A stretch of DNA of 54,874 bases from Aestuariivirga sp. (GCF_044239095.1 NZ_JBIICB010000001.1:1-54874); one strand, 5' to 3'. Shown: positions 38,826 to 53,478, counted from the first letter of the stretch. The notes: generated by a model not told the origin, from the letters alone. Numbers and translations are program-made.

Positions 38826-40200
38826 AAGAGGATGGCCGGGCGCGGTGGCTCACCTCCACCACCGCATGGCTGCGCGCGAGCTCGTCGATTTCCGCAGAGA
38901 TGCGCTCGCGGTTGGCGGGATCGAGATTGGCATCCCATTCATCGAGGAGAATGACAGACACGCGCCCCCGTGCAGCATCGAGGGCAGACCGGAGATCCCT
39001 GAGCTTGCGCTGGCCCGTGGACAATCCGGTCTTCACCGCCGGGAACAGGAATGACTGGGCGGGAAGGTAGAAGGCCCGCTCCTTCAGCAATTCCTTGAGA
39101 TGCAAGAGCAGCGAGGTCTTGCCTGAGCCATTCGGCCCGGCGATGGCATAGCGGCCCGGCTCCCGCATGAGGGATACGATGTCATCGAACCCGGCCATCG
39201 GCACGTCGTCCCATGCATGGTCACGCTTCTGCGAGAAACGGAGCAGCCCGGTGTCGAAGCGCTGGCCAAGATCGGCCTTCTCTTCAACGAGTGCTTCATT
39301 GAGCCACGACACGCGCCCGCGAATGCTCAAGTACCAGGTCACGTTCTGCAGCAGGTGAGACACCTCGAGAAGGGTCTGAACGAGCTGCGGCATCACGACG
39401 GCAAGCGCGATCACCTCCGTCGTGCTCATGCTGGGACTTCGCCACAGGATGACGGCCGTGGTCGGCACCCAAATGCACACGGCCTGCAACAGATTGAATC
39501 CCTGGTCGGCATTCATGGCCGAGAGGGCCGCACGCCGGTAGAGACTCCAGCGTCTGCCGAAGAGGCGCAGAAAGCGGCTCATGACCATGCTTTCGCCAAG
39601 CGTGTTGGCAAGCCAGCCTTCGGGGAGTGCGGCGATGAACTGATTGTAGGCCTTCTCAAAGAAGGTGGCCGTATTCGCCGGCCACTTTCCCAAACGCCAG
39701 ATCAGCAAGGCGGAGAGGGCCACCGTGACGCCGTAAGCCGCGGCGAATTCCCCCATCACGAAGGTTGATATGAGCGCCACTGAAAGGACAGAGGAGAACA
39801 ACAGCCCGGCGACGGCATGAACAAAGTCCACACTGTCCGATACGATCTCCTGCCCGTTGGCGGAGATCAAGGCGCCGAACTTCTTTTCCCCGTCCCGGTT
39901 GGCCGCCTGCGCCACACGGCCAGCCGTCTGCGCGAAGGCATTCTCATAAAAGGCCCGCCGTGCCCCCGTCTTCCAGAACACCAGCAGCATGTAGGCAGCA
40001 TAGCTGAGCGGATAGGCGAGAAAACTGAGTAGCAGGTAGAGCCAGATTCCCTGCAGCACCTCACCCGCACCGCGGTCCGCGGATACGAGGTAGGCGAGAT
40101 AGACCTGGGGCACCACGTAGCACGCCATCATCAGCATGACTGCGGCAAGGCAGGCGATGGCTGCCCCTCGAACCCTCGCAAGCTTCAGAACACTGAACAT
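38815..40200 (-). CDS. Atypical ABC transporter-like protein (TM domain plus short ATPase)
   Basis: TM helices; GPNGSGKT, LSTGQ, ILLDEWDANLD, VSHR; GGAG RBS before 40200. Confidence 0.75.
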   Translation of the reverse strand: MFSVLKLARVRGAAIACLAAVMLMMACYVVPQVYLAYLVSADRGAGEVLQGIWLYLLLSFLAYPLSYAAYMLLVFWKTGARRAFYENAFAQTAGRVAQAANRDGEKKFGALISANGQEIVSDSVDFVHAVAGLLFSSVLSVALISTFVMGEFAAAYGVTVALSALLIWRLGKWPANTATFFEKAYNQFIAALPEGWLANTLGESMVMSRFLRLFGRRWSLYRRAALSAMNADQGFNLLQAVCIWVPTTAVILWRSPSMSTTEVIALAVVMPQLVQTLLEVSHLLQNVTWYLSIRGRVSWLNEALVEEKADLGQRFDTGLLRFSQKRDHAWDDVPMAGFDDIVSLMREPGRYAIAGPNGSGKTSLLLHLKELLKERAFYLPAQSFLFPAVKTGLSTGQRKLRDLRSALDAARGRVSVILLDEWDANLDPANRERISAEIDELARSHAVVEVSHRARPSSSTS

Positions 40201-40314
40201 GGTCGCTCCGTGACGCATGCCGAACAGACTAATACACCCCCAAGGGTTGTACAATTCACCTGCTTGATTCTACCCGCTGTTGCCCCTCTTTAGCACCCGG
40301 GCTAATGCTTCTTC

Positions 40315-42102
40315 ATGACCCAGAATCTTTCCCACCGCACCCGCGTCGGCCTGCTCCGGGCTGAACTGAAGAAACGCAAGCTCACCGGCTTTTTCGTGCC
40401 GCGCGCCGATGAGTTCCAGGGCGAATATGTTCCGGCCTATGCCGAGCGGCTGTGCTGGCTCACCAACTTCCGCGGCAGTGCGGGGGTGGCGATCGTGACG
40501 CTCAAGAAGGCGGCGATCTTCGTCGACGGGCGCTATGTGATCCAGGTGCGCCAGCAGGTGGACGAGAAGATCTTCCAGCCCTTCCACCTGATCGAGGAGC
40601 CACCCGCCCAGTGGATCGCGAAGAACCTGAAAAAGGGCGACAGGCTGGGATTTGACCCGTGGCTGGTGACGGTGGAACAGGCGAAGCGCCTGCGCGAGGC
40701 CTGCGCGGGCGTGGGAGCGCTCTTCGTGGCGGTGGACACGAACCCCATCGACGCCGTGTGGAAGGACCAGCCTGCGCGGCCAACCTCAGCACTTGAGACG
40801 CAACCCACCCAGTTCGCCGGCTTGACAGCTGCGCAGAAGATCAAGGACATCCGCAAGGCCATGGGCGGCAATGACGCTGTGGTGTTCACGCAGGCGGATT
40901 CCGTCGCCTGGCTGCTGAATCTCCGCGGTTTCGACGTGCCTCACACGCCGGTCGTGCCCGCCTATGCGATCCTGCCCGCCTCGGGCAAGCTCACGCTCTT
41001 CATCGATCCCGCCAAGGTCACGCCTGACGTAGCGGCGCATCTGAAGAAGATCGCCACGGTGCAGCCCATGGCCGGGATCGGCGCCGCCCTGAAGGCGCTC
41101 GGCAAGGCAAAGGCCCGCGTGCTGATCGACCCCGCCTGGTCGCCGGAGCGCATCCGCGAACTGCTGGCGCGCGCCAAGGCGGACATCGCCACCGGCCCGG
41201 ACCCCGTGACGCTTCCCAAGGCGCGCAAGAACCGGATCGAGCAGGAAGGGGCGCGAAACGCCCAGCGCCGCGACGGCGTGGCGGTGAGCCGCTTCCTGCG
41301 CTGGCTCGAGCAGGCAGCGCCGAAGGGCGGCCTCACCGAACTGGATGTTGCGGCGAAGCTCAGGTCTTTCCGCGACGAGACGGGCGAACTGAAGGATCTC
41401 TCCTTCGCGACGATCGCGGCGGCGGGACCTCATGCCGCGATCCCGCACTATCACGTGACGGAGGAGTCAAACCGGCCACTTGGCCGCGGCGAGATCTTCC
41501 TTATCGATTCCGGCGGGCAATATATCGACGGCACCACCGACATCACCCGCACGGTGATCGTGGGCGAACCCACGCCCGAGATGAAGGACCGCTTCACCCG
41601 CGTGCTGAAGGGCATGATCGGCCTCTCCATGATCCGCTTTCCGAAGGGCACTTGCGGCTCGCAGATCGACGTGCTGGCCAGGCAACACCTGTGGCAGGCG
41701 GGCCTCGACTTCGACCATGGCACGGGCCATGGCGTGGGCGCCTATCTCTCGGTGCATGAGGGACCCGCGCGCATCAACAAGACGGACCGCACCACCCTTG
41801 AGCCCGGCATGATCCTGTCGAACGAGCCGGGCTATTACCGGCAAGACGAATACGGCATCCGCATCGAGAACCTCATCATGGTGCAGGAGGCGCAGGCCAT
41901 CGCCGGCGGCGACCGCCCGATGCTGGGCTTCGAGACCCTGACGCTCGCGCCAATCGACCGGAGGCTCATCGCGGCGGCGCTTCTCTCCGAGGCGGAACGG
42001 AACTGGCTCAACGCCTACCACGCGCGCGTGCTGAAGGAGGTGGGCGACCATCTCGGCGGCGAGGAACTCGACTGGCTGAAGAAAGCCTGCGCGGCAGTTT
42101 GA
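40315..42102 (+). CDS. pepP: Aminopeptidase P (M24B)
   Basis: DSGGQY..GTTDITR, HGTGHGVG, VHEGP, NEPGYY, GIRIEN. Confidence 0.94.
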   Translation: MTQNLSHRTRVGLLRAELKKRKLTGFFVPRADEFQGEYVPAYAERLCWLTNFRGSAGVAIVTLKKAAIFVDGRYVIQVRQQVDEKIFQPFHLIEEPPAQWIAKNLKKGDRLGFDPWLVTVEQAKRLREACAGVGALFVAVDTNPIDAVWKDQPARPTSALETQPTQFAGLTAAQKIKDIRKAMGGNDAVVFTQADSVAWLLNLRGFDVPHTPVVPAYAILPASGKLTLFIDPAKVTPDVAAHLKKIATVQPMAGIGAALKALGKAKARVLIDPAWSPERIRELLARAKADIATGPDPVTLPKARKNRIEQEGARNAQRRDGVAVSRFLRWLEQAAPKGGLTELDVAAKLRSFRDETGELKDLSFATIAAAGPHAAIPHYHVTEESNRPLGRGEIFLIDSGGQYIDGTTDITRTVIVGEPTPEMKDRFTRVLKGMIGLSMIRFPKGTCGSQIDVLARQHLWQAGLDFDHGTGHGVGAYLSVHEGPARINKTDRTTLEPGMILSNEPGYYRQDEYGIRIENLIMVQEAQAIAGGDRPMLGFETLTLAPIDRRLIAAALLSEAERNWLNAYHARVLKEVGDHLGGEELDWLKKACAAV

Positions 42103-42120
42103 TACCCCTCACGCGAGCAG

Positions 42121-45908
<3,788 letters not shown>

Positions 45909-45996
45909 GGCCGCAGAGTATAGCGGAGTCGGGGCCTCAGGCGAGAGGCGGATTGGGGTGGCGGGCGATCAAATGGAATCCTTGTGACGGCTGATG

Positions 45997-46061
45997 TCTT
46001 CTCCCGCTCCTTCAGCGGGAGAAGAAGGGACCCGTTGCGGAACGCAACGGGGAGATGAGGG
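45997..46061. repeat. Family-B REP-like element
   Basis: tcttctcccgct/agcgggagaaga hairpin + ccgttgcg/cgcaacgg hairpin + gatgaggg, same layout as 19-71. Confidence 0.65.
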
Positions 46062-46148
46062 AACAAGGGCGCTGCATACAATTCGGAGCGCCGCGGGAGA
46101 GGACGCTGGGCAAGCTGATCTCAGCTGACTGACCGGCGCTTTAAAGCC

Positions 46149-47060
46149 CTAGAAGGGATTGACCGACGCGAAGGTCTTGGAGATCCAGGACTCGTCATTC
46201 TGCACCGGTGCCTGACCGTCGCTGGAGACGAGCCGGTAGGCATCCCTGTACCAATCGGAGTCCGGGTAGTTGTGGCCGAGCACGGCGGCGGCCGTCTGGG
46301 CTTCTGATACGATGCCGAGCGCCATGTAGCCCTCGGCGAGGCGGTAGAGCGCCTCTGGCGTCTGGCTGGTGTTGCGGTACTCCGTCACCACGCGCTTGAA
46401 GCGGTTGATGCCCGCCAGATAGCTGCGTTCACGGAAGTAAAAGCGGCCAACTTCCATTTCCTTGCCGGCCAGGTGGTCGCGCGCCACCACCACCTTCTGT
46501 GCGGCATCGGCGGCATAGGCGGTGCCGGGATAGCGCTGCGCCACCTCTTCCAGCGCTGCCAGTGCCTGTTTGGTGGCCGTCTGGTCGCGCTTGGTGTCGG
46601 CGATCTTGTTGTAGTTCGAAACCGCGATGAGGTAGTAGGCGTAGCCCGCGTCCCGGTGGCCGGGGTGCAGGGTCACGAAGCGGTTGGCGGCAATCACCGC
46701 GTCATCCCAGCGAAACGCCTTGTAGCTGGCATAGGCCTGCATGAGGATCGACTTGGTTGCGAAGCTCGAATAGGGATATTTGCGTTCGACTTCAGAGAAC
46801 TTGGTGATCGCCGACTTGGATTGGCCCTTTTCCAGCTGGGCAAGGCCCTCGTTGTAGAGCTTAGCCACTTCCGCATTCTCGGTCGCCATGGACATGTCGG
46901 GCGACAGTCCGGCAGACAGGGCCTGCGAGGAGGAGGACGAGGCAGAGGCTCCCTCGCTGTCGCCCATCAGACCGTCCATCAGGCTCGAGGAGCAGCCCGC
47001 GAGCAAAACGGCGATGAGCGCCACCCCGGCTCCTTGCGAAATCTTTCCCGCTACCCGCAC
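46149..47060 (-). CDS. bamD: Outer membrane assembly lipoprotein BamD
   Basis: Lipobox LAGC, TPRs, RDQTAT, LAGKEMEVGRFY, AAVLGHNYP; start uncertain. Confidence 0.94.
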   Translation of the reverse strand: MRVAGKISQGAGVALIAVLLAGCSSSLMDGLMGDSEGASASSSSSQALSAGLSPDMSMATENAEVAKLYNEGLAQLEKGQSKSAITKFSEVERKYPYSSFATKSILMQAYASYKAFRWDDAVIAANRFVTLHPGHRDAGYAYYLIAVSNYNKIADTKRDQTATKQALAALEEVAQRYPGTAYAADAAQKVVVARDHLAGKEMEVGRFYFRERSYLAGINRFKRVVTEYRNTSQTPEALYRLAEGYMALGIVSEAQTAAAVLGHNYPDSDWYRDAYRLVSSDGQAPVQNDESWISKTFASVNPF

Positions 47061-47225
47061 TTGAACCCCGCCAGCAAACCGACTTCCGCCCATTTGAACC
47101 AATTGGGTCCGGGAAGCACGTTCAATTTTTCAGCCCGGCGAAAGAACCGTGCACAATCCTTTTAGATGCGCCAAACCCGGCGGAAGTGTGACCGCCGGGC
47201 TGCGCAAATTCAGCAGTTAATTCAA

Positions 47226-48818
47226 TCAGTTCGCTTGCCGGCGCAGGAAGGCCGGAATCTCCAGCTGATCATCGTCGAGGTTGGGATCGGCGGGCGGCTG
47301 GGGCTGCGGCTGCTGGCGCTGCTGCAGAAGCGGACGCTGCTGCGGCTGCGGAGCAATCGACGGCTCACGCGGGGCCGGGGCGGCTGGCGGATCATCCTTG
47401 CGGCCCAGCCCGACGTTGGCCAGCCGCTGGAACAGGCCGGGCTTCTTCTTCTGGGCATGCTCGGCAATCGACTCGATGCGGTTCTGCTGGGCCTCGATCT
47501 GGCGCCTCACCTGAGGCGGGAACTCCTCGATCGCCGGGATGCGCGACTGACGCATCGCGGGCTGGGGCGCGCGCTCGGGCATCAGCGGCAGCGGCGGCTG
47601 CTCGGCGGCACCGGCATGATGCGCATCCTCCTCGACATAGGACCGCGCCACGGGTGCCGGAGGCGGCGCGGCGGGAACAGCGGCAGCAGGCATGGCGGGG
47701 GTGAACGCCGGAGCCGCCGGGCGGGTGGCCATCGGGGCCGGCTGCACCGGCTTCTTGGCCGGGACCGGATGCTTGCCGACGAAGCCGAACACCGACGGCT
47801 TGTCGGCACTCTCTTCATCCGCCTGGGGCTTGGCGCCCTTGAGCGCCTCGGCCGCAAGGCCCGTGGCGACCACTGACACCCGCATGATGCCTTCGAGCGA
47901 TTCATCGAAGGTGGCGCCGAGGATGATGTTCGCCTCGGGATCCACCTCTTCGCGGATGCGGGTCGCGGCCTCGTCGACCTCGTAGAGCGTCAGGTCGGGG
48001 CCGCCGGTGATGGAGATCAACAGGCCACGCGCGCCACGCATCGACACATCGTCAAGCAGCGGGTTGGAGATCGCGGCTTCCGCCGCCTCGATGGCGCGCT
48101 TCTCGCCGGAGGCTTCGCCCGTGCCCATCATGGCGCGGCCCATCTCGCTCATGATGGCGCGCACGTCGGCGAAGTCGAGGTTGATGAGGCCTTCCTTGGT
48201 CATCAGCTCGGTGATGGAGGCAACACCGGAATAGAGCACCTGGTCGGCCATGGCGAAGGCGGCTGCGAAAGTGGTCTTCTCGTTGGCGACGCGGAACAGG
48301 TTCTGGTTGGGAATGACGATCAGCGTGTCGACATGCTTGGCGAGCTGCTCGATGCCGCGCTCGGCCGTCTGCTGGCGGCGGATGCCCTCGAAGTGGAAGG
48401 GCTTGGTCACCACGCCGACGGTGAGAATGCCCTGCTCCTTCGCCGCGCGGGCGATCACTGGCGCGGCTCCGGTTCCCGTGCCACCGCCCATGCCGGCGGT
48501 GATGAATGCCATGTGCGAGCCCGCGAGATGGTCGAGAATTTCGGGCAGCGCCTCCTCGGCGGCAGCAGCACCGATCTGCGGCTGCGATCCGGCACCCAGG
48601 CCCTGGGTCAGGGCCGTGCCCATTTGAATGCGGCGCTGTGCGGCGTTCTGGATCAGCGCCTGCGCGTCTGTATTGGCGACGACGAACTCGACCCCCTCCA
48701 GCCGGCTCTCGATCATGTTGTTGACGGCATTGCCGCCGGCGCCACCAACGCCAAACACGGTGATGCGCGGCTTGAGATCGGAGAAGTTCGGCACGGTAAG
48801 GTTGATTGTCATGGTCAT
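47226..48818 (-). CDS. ftsZ: Cell division protein FtsZ
   Basis: [23 protein letters not shown], long linker, [12 protein letters not shown]; start 48818 or 48812. Confidence 0.98.
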   Translation of the reverse strand: MTMTINLTVPNFSDLKPRITVFGVGGAGGNAVNNMIESRLEGVEFVVANTDAQALIQNAAQRRIQMGTALTQGLGAGSQPQIGAAAAEEALPEILDHLAGSHMAFITAGMGGGTGTGAAPVIARAAKEQGILTVGVVTKPFHFEGIRRQQTAERGIEQLAKHVDTLIVIPNQNLFRVANEKTTFAAAFAMADQVLYSGVASITELMTKEGLINLDFADVRAIMSEMGRAMMGTGEASGEKRAIEAAEAAISNPLLDDVSMRGARGLLISITGGPDLTLYEVDEAATRIREEVDPEANIILGATFDESLEGIMRVSVVATGLAAEALKGAKPQADEESADKPSVFGFVGKHPVPAKKPVQPAPMATRPAAPAFTPAMPAAAVPAAPPPAPVARSYVEEDAHHAGAAEQPPLPLMPERAPQPAMRQSRIPAIEEFPPQVRRQIEAQQNRIESIAEHAQKKKPGLFQRLANVGLGRKDDPPAAPAPREPSIAPQPQQRPLLQQRQQPQPQPPADPNLDDDQLEIPAFLRRQAN

Positions 48819-48864
48819 TGGCGCCCGGATGTGATTTGCCACATCCTTATTTCTTACCAAATTC

Positions 48865-48894
48865 ATAACAAATGGTTAACGCGCGCTAACCATT
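48865..48894. promoter_or_regulatory. Putative CtrA binding site upstream of ftsZ
   Basis: ATAA-N7-TTAAC (consensus TTAA-N7-TTAAC) within the dyad aatggtta..taaccatt. Confidence 0.6.
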
Positions 48895-48949
48895 CCGGCG
48901 AAACCCCACTTGTTATGGAGCACAATGAATCGGCGGCGTAACGGATGGT

Positions 48950-50266
48950 TCAGTTTGTGCCGCCGCGGCTCGCCTGACGGTGAAGTTCTGCAACCCGGCT
49001 CGCCAGCACCTTGTCCACCCGCCTGCCGTCAAGGTCGACGACCTCGAACAGCCAGCTGCCGACCTTGATGGACTGGCCGAGCGAAGGCAGGTGCTTGAAC
49101 GCATCGACGACCAGGCCCGCCACCGTCTCGTAGCGGCGCTTTGGCGGCAGCACGAAACCGGTGAGCTCCGCCATCTCGTCCACCGGCATGTCGCCGGGCA
49201 GCAGCCAGGAGCCGTCCTCGCGCTGGATGGCGCCTTCGGCCCCCTCGCCCACGGGCTCCATGCTGCCAGCGATGGCGTTGAGCAGGTCCGCCGCGGTCAC
49301 GATGCCCAGCATGCGGCCATATTCCTCCTGCACGAAGGCAAGATGGGTGGCGGAGCCGCGGAACAGTTCCATCGCCTCAAGCGCCGGCATTGATTCCGGA
49401 ATGACCGGCACCTTCTGCACGAGGGCTGCGATGTCCAGCTTGCGGCGCGACAGCAGAAGATCCGCCACGTCCTTGATGACGATGATGCCGATGATGTCTT
49501 CCGGATCCCCGCCATGCACCGGGATGCGCGAGTGCGGCGTGGCGAGGATGGCCTTGCGGACGTCGGCTACATCATCATCAACGCCGATGACGTCGATCTC
49601 GGTCATGGGCGTCATCAGCGCGCGCACCGGCCTGTCGCCAAGGCGCATCACCCCCGCGATCATGTCGCGCTCGCCGCTTTCGATGACGCCGGCGGACTGG
49701 GCCTCGGCGATGAGCGACTTGATCTCCTCGTCGGTGACGTTGGCCTCAGTCGAGCTCTTCGAGCCGAGCAACCCGATCAGCAGGCGGCTCGAGCCGTCGA
49801 GCAGCCAGACGAAGGGGGCCGCGGCCCGCGAGAGAAGGTTCATCGGGGCGGCAACGCGGCAGGCGATGGCCTCCGGGTTCTTCAGGGCAATCTGCTTGGG
49901 AACCAGCTCACCAACGATGAGCGACACATAGGTGATCGCTGCAACCACCAATATGAAGCCAACGGGCTGCGCATATTCGGCCGCCATGCCGGCCTCCTGC
50001 AACGTGCTGGACAGCCGCGCGCCCAGCGTGGCGCCGGAAACAGCACCGGCCAGCACGCCCACCAGCGTGATGCCCACCTGCACCGTCGACAGGAAGCGCC
50101 CGGGGTGTTCCGACAGCAGCAGTGCTGCGCGCGCGCCGGACACGCCCCTGTCCCGCATGGCCCTGAGGCGGCCGGGCCGCGAGGAAACGACGGCCAGCTC
50201 CGACATGGCGAGCACACCATTCAGCAGCACAAGGCCGAGCAGCACAAGAAGTTCGATCGCCAACAT
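48950..50266 (-). CDS. CNNM/CorC-HlyC (DUF21-CBS-CorC) membrane protein
   Basis: NGVLAMSELAVVS, FLSTVQVGIT, GELVPK, HSRIPV, EYG, DLDGRRVDKV. Confidence 0.92.
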   Translation of the reverse strand: MLAIELLVLLGLVLLNGVLAMSELAVVSSRPGRLRAMRDRGVSGARAALLLSEHPGRFLSTVQVGITLVGVLAGAVSGATLGARLSSTLQEAGMAAEYAQPVGFILVVAAITYVSLIVGELVPKQIALKNPEAIACRVAAPMNLLSRAAAPFVWLLDGSSRLLIGLLGSKSSTEANVTDEEIKSLIAEAQSAGVIESGERDMIAGVMRLGDRPVRALMTPMTEIDVIGVDDDVADVRKAILATPHSRIPVHGGDPEDIIGIIVIKDVADLLLSRRKLDIAALVQKVPVIPESMPALEAMELFRGSATHLAFVQEEYGRMLGIVTAADLLNAIAGSMEPVGEGAEGAIQREDGSWLLPGDMPVDEMAELTGFVLPPKRRYETVAGLVVDAFKHLPSLGQSIKVGSWLFEVVDLDGRRVDKVLASRVAELHRQASRGGTN

Positions 50267-50321
50267 GGAGGCCGCGCGTATAGCGCACGGGCCCGCCGCA
50301 TGCAAATCCGGGGCTGCCCCG

Positions 50322-51647
50322 TCAGAAGCTCTCGGCGATCCAGCGGCCCATGCGGCGGACATAGCCGGACTGGGCGCGCTCCACGGCCTCCGCCTTGGAC
50401 TTCGGCAGCGCCCAATGGACATCAGGCTTCAGCGCATGGTTCAGAAGGCCCGCGCACACCGCGAAACCCGGGGAATGGGCGCTCTCCGGCATGCCCTGCA
50501 CATGGGCGGGCGCACCCATGCGGACCTGCCGGTCCAGCCACTGCGCGGCGACCTCACGCACCCCGTTGAGCTGGCTGGCGCCGCCGGTGATGACAAGGCG
50601 GCGGCCTGCCAGATGCAGCGCGCCCGAGGCCTCGAGCCTGGCACGCAGCAGCTCGAAGGTCTCCTCGAGCCGCGGCCTGATAATGCCGGTGAGCATCGAC
50701 TTCGGCACCTGCTGCACGGTATCGACACCGCGTTCGCCCAGCAGCGGCACGGAAATCATCTCGCGCTCGTCCACGGCGCTCGCCAGTGCGGAGCCCCACA
50801 GCGTCTTCATGCGCTCGGCATGGGCGATGGTGGTGGAAAGCCCGCGCGCGATGTCGTTGGTGATGTGCTGGCCGCCGAGCGGCAGAACATCGGCGGTCAC
50901 CAGCCTGCCGTCATGGAAGATGGCGAAGCTCGTCGTAGCGCCCCCCATGTCAACGACCGTGACGCCCAGCGCCTTCTCATCCTCGGCCAGAACGGCCCGG
51001 GCTGCGGCATAGGGCGCGATCACGAAGCCGGCGATCGAGAGATGGGCGCGTTCGACGGCGAGAGCGAGGTTCTTGAGGTGCGGCGGCTCGACCGTCACGA
51101 CGCCGAGCTCAAGCGACAGGCTTTCGCCGAACATTCCCGCCGGATCCTTGATGCCCCTGGCGTCATCGAGCTGGTACTGCAGCGGCGAGAGATGAAGGAT
51201 GTTGCGGCGGCCGGGATCGACCTGCGCCAGCGCGGCATCGCGCACCCGGTCCACGTCCGCGGGCTCAACCTGGCCGGACGCGACAGCCGCCGTGCCCGTA
51301 TAGAGGCGCGACTGCGGCCGGCCGCCGGAGACGTTCACATAAATGTCGTTGATGCTGCGCTGTGCCATGCGCTCGGCGGCATCGACCGCGAGCCGGATCG
51401 CGCGCTCTGCCTCGTCCACGTTGATGATTGCACCGGAGCGCACCCCGCGTGAGAGCTGGTGGCCGACACCCAAGACCTTCAGGCTAAATTTCTCGTCCGC
51501 ATCAGCGCTGCGGTGCTTGGCGGGCATGGCCTCGGCAATGAGGCAGCTGATCTTGGTCGAGCCGATGTCGAGCGCGGCGATCAGGCCACCCTTGGACACG
51601 GCTTGCGGCTTGGCGCCGCCCTTGCCCTGAAACTGCACCACCGTCAT
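50322..51647 (-). CDS. ftsA: Cell division protein FtsA
   Basis: LDIGSTKI, DMGGATT, GGQHITNDIA, ITGGASQL, C-terminal amphipathic helix. Confidence 0.97.
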   Translation of the reverse strand: MTVVQFQGKGGAKPQAVSKGGLIAALDIGSTKISCLIAEAMPAKHRSADADEKFSLKVLGVGHQLSRGVRSGAIINVDEAERAIRLAVDAAERMAQRSINDIYVNVSGGRPQSRLYTGTAAVASGQVEPADVDRVRDAALAQVDPGRRNILHLSPLQYQLDDARGIKDPAGMFGESLSLELGVVTVEPPHLKNLALAVERAHLSIAGFVIAPYAAARAVLAEDEKALGVTVVDMGGATTSFAIFHDGRLVTADVLPLGGQHITNDIARGLSTTIAHAERMKTLWGSALASAVDEREMISVPLLGERGVDTVQQVPKSMLTGIIRPRLEETFELLRARLEASGALHLAGRRLVITGGASQLNGVREVAAQWLDRQVRMGAPAHVQGMPESAHSPGFAVCAGLLNHALKPDVHWALPKSKAEAVERAQSGYVRRMGRWIAESF

Positions 51648-51688
51648 CTGCGACCCAATCCCCAAAAACCCCGGCGGGCGGATCCGCT

Positions 51689-52546
51689 CTACTCGGTCCC
51701 CACCGCCGTCTTCATGCCCCCGGCCTCGATCTCGGCCGGATCGAGCTCCGCCACCTCGACGATCACCCGCCCGGCGAGACGCAGGTCGACCGACCTGATG
51801 CCCCGCGAGAGCAGCTGCTGAGTGCTGTTCAGCTCGTCGGCCATGCGGAGCGCGTCCTGCCAGTCCCGTTCCGGCAGCTGCACGGTAATGCCGCTGTCCA
51901 GATAGAGCGTCCAACGGCGTTTCCCCACGCGCGCGGCCGCCTTCATCTGCAACATTATGCTCGGATAGGCTGAAAGTTGGTTAACAAGATCGGCCACCGC
52001 GGTATTGGCCCCCTCGCCGGTGACCAGCGGCAGCTGCACGAGCTTGGCCGCGGCCAGCCCGCTCATCGCCGCGCCGTTGCGGTCAATCACGTAATAGGAT
52101 TCGCCGCGCTGCCAGATGGCGAAGGGCTGGCGCTCCTTCACCTCCACCGCGAGCTGGTTCGGAAACAGCCGCTGCACCTTGGCGCGCTCGATCCAGTCGA
52201 GGCCTTCGAGAATGCGCCGGGCATGGCCCGCGTCGAAGCCCATCAGCGAGCCTCCCGGCTGCACGCCGATCGCCGCCAGCAGTGCTTCCGGCTCATGATG
52301 CTCCAGCCCGGTGATGGAGATGTCCTCCGCCGCCATGCCGATGAGGCTCGCCACCTTGCCAGGCAACATCAGCCATTTGCTGCCTTCATAGTCGAGGTGG
52401 CCACCGCGCAGCAGGCCCGCCGCAATCACCACGCCGAGCACCGCCACCGCGCCCGCGCGCAGCGCCAGGCGGAAGCGGAAGGCGGAAAGCCCGTCCAGCC
52501 ATGTGGACGAGCGCTTGCGCACATAAACGCCGTAACCGCCGCTCAT
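51689..52546 (-). CDS. ftsQ: Cell division protein FtsQ
   Basis: TM, POTRA, ERQPFAIWQ, RRWTL, VDLR; position in dcw cluster. Confidence 0.93.
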   Translation of the reverse strand: MSGGYGVYVRKRSSTWLDGLSAFRFRLALRAGAVAVLGVVIAAGLLRGGHLDYEGSKWLMLPGKVASLIGMAAEDISITGLEHHEPEALLAAIGVQPGGSLMGFDAGHARRILEGLDWIERAKVQRLFPNQLAVEVKERQPFAIWQRGESYYVIDRNGAAMSGLAAAKLVQLPLVTGEGANTAVADLVNQLSAYPSIMLQMKAAARVGKRRWTLYLDSGITVQLPERDWQDALRMADELNSTQQLLSRGIRSVDLRLAGRVIVEVAELDPAEIEAGGMKTAVGTE

Positions 52547-53478
52547 CGGTCCACCGACGCATCGTTCACCATCCAGGTGACGAGCGCTTCATAGCTGTGC
52601 CCGGCATGTGCCGCGAGTTCGGGCACCAGCGAGGTGCCCGTCATGCCCGGCTGGGTATTGACCTCGAGCAGGATCAGTTCGCCCGTGCCCCCCTGATCAT
52701 AACGGAAATCGGCACGCGACACGCCGCGGCAGCCCAGCGCCCTGTGGGCGCGAAGCGCCAGCTCCTGGCAGTGGTTGTAAACGGCCCCGGGGATTTCGGC
52801 CGGAAGAATATGCTGGGAGCCGCCCGGCGCATATTTGGCCGTATAGTCATACCAGCTCGAACTCTTCGACACGATGTCGATGACCCCGAGCGGCGTCTCG
52901 CCGATCACCGCGCAGGTCAGCTCCTTGCCGGGCACGAAGCGCTCGACCATGGCGTGGGAACCGAAAATGTGCCGCTCGTCCAGCACGGCGCGCGCCGGGC
53001 CGTTGGCGGTTTCGAGCACGATGTGCACGCCCACGCTGGAGCCCTCGTTCACCGGCTTCACGACATAGGGCGGAGCCATGGGGTGGCCCGCGGCAACCTC
53101 CTCCAGCGGCACGAGCAGGCTCTCGGCCACCGGAATGCCCGCCGCAGCGAAGATCACCTTCGATTTTTCCTTATGCATGGCGAGCGAGGAGGCCAGCACG
53201 CCCGAATGGGTATAGGGGATCTGCAAGGTCTCGAGGATCGCCGCGCAGCAGCCGTCCTCGCCCCACTTGCCGTGGAGCGCATTGAAGGCGACGTCGGGTT
53301 TCAATTCCTGCAGCACCGGCACGATGCTATCGCGCTGGACATCGACCGGCACGGTCCTGAAGCCTGCGCGCGTCAGCGCGGCAAGGCAGGACTTGCCCGA
53401 TGACAGGCTCACCTCGCGCTCGGCCGACCAGCCGCCCATGAGCACGGCGACCGTCGTTTCCGGGGGAACACGGCTCAT
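52543..53478 (-). CDS. ddl: D-alanine--D-alanine ligase
   Basis: [33 protein letters not shown]. Confidence 0.97.
   Translation of the reverse strand: MSRVPPETTVAVLMGGWSAEREVSLSSGKSCLAALTRAGFRTVPVDVQRDSIVPVLQELKPDVAFNALHGKWGEDGCCAAILETLQIPYTHSGVLASSLAMHKEKSKVIFAAAGIPVAESLLVPLEEVAAGHPMAPPYVVKPVNEGSSVGVHIVLETANGPARAVLDERHIFGSHAMVERFVPGKELTCAVIGETPLGVIDIVSKSSSWYDYTAKYAPGGSQHILPAEIPGAVYNHCQELALRAHRALGCRGVSRADFRYDQGGTGELILLEVNTQPGMTGTSLVPELAAHAGHSYEALVTWMVNDASVDR

Noticed and set aside
48950-50266. Hemolysin toxin
   Set aside because: The domain layout is that of CNNM/CorC metal-homeostasis proteins; the hemolysin name is historical
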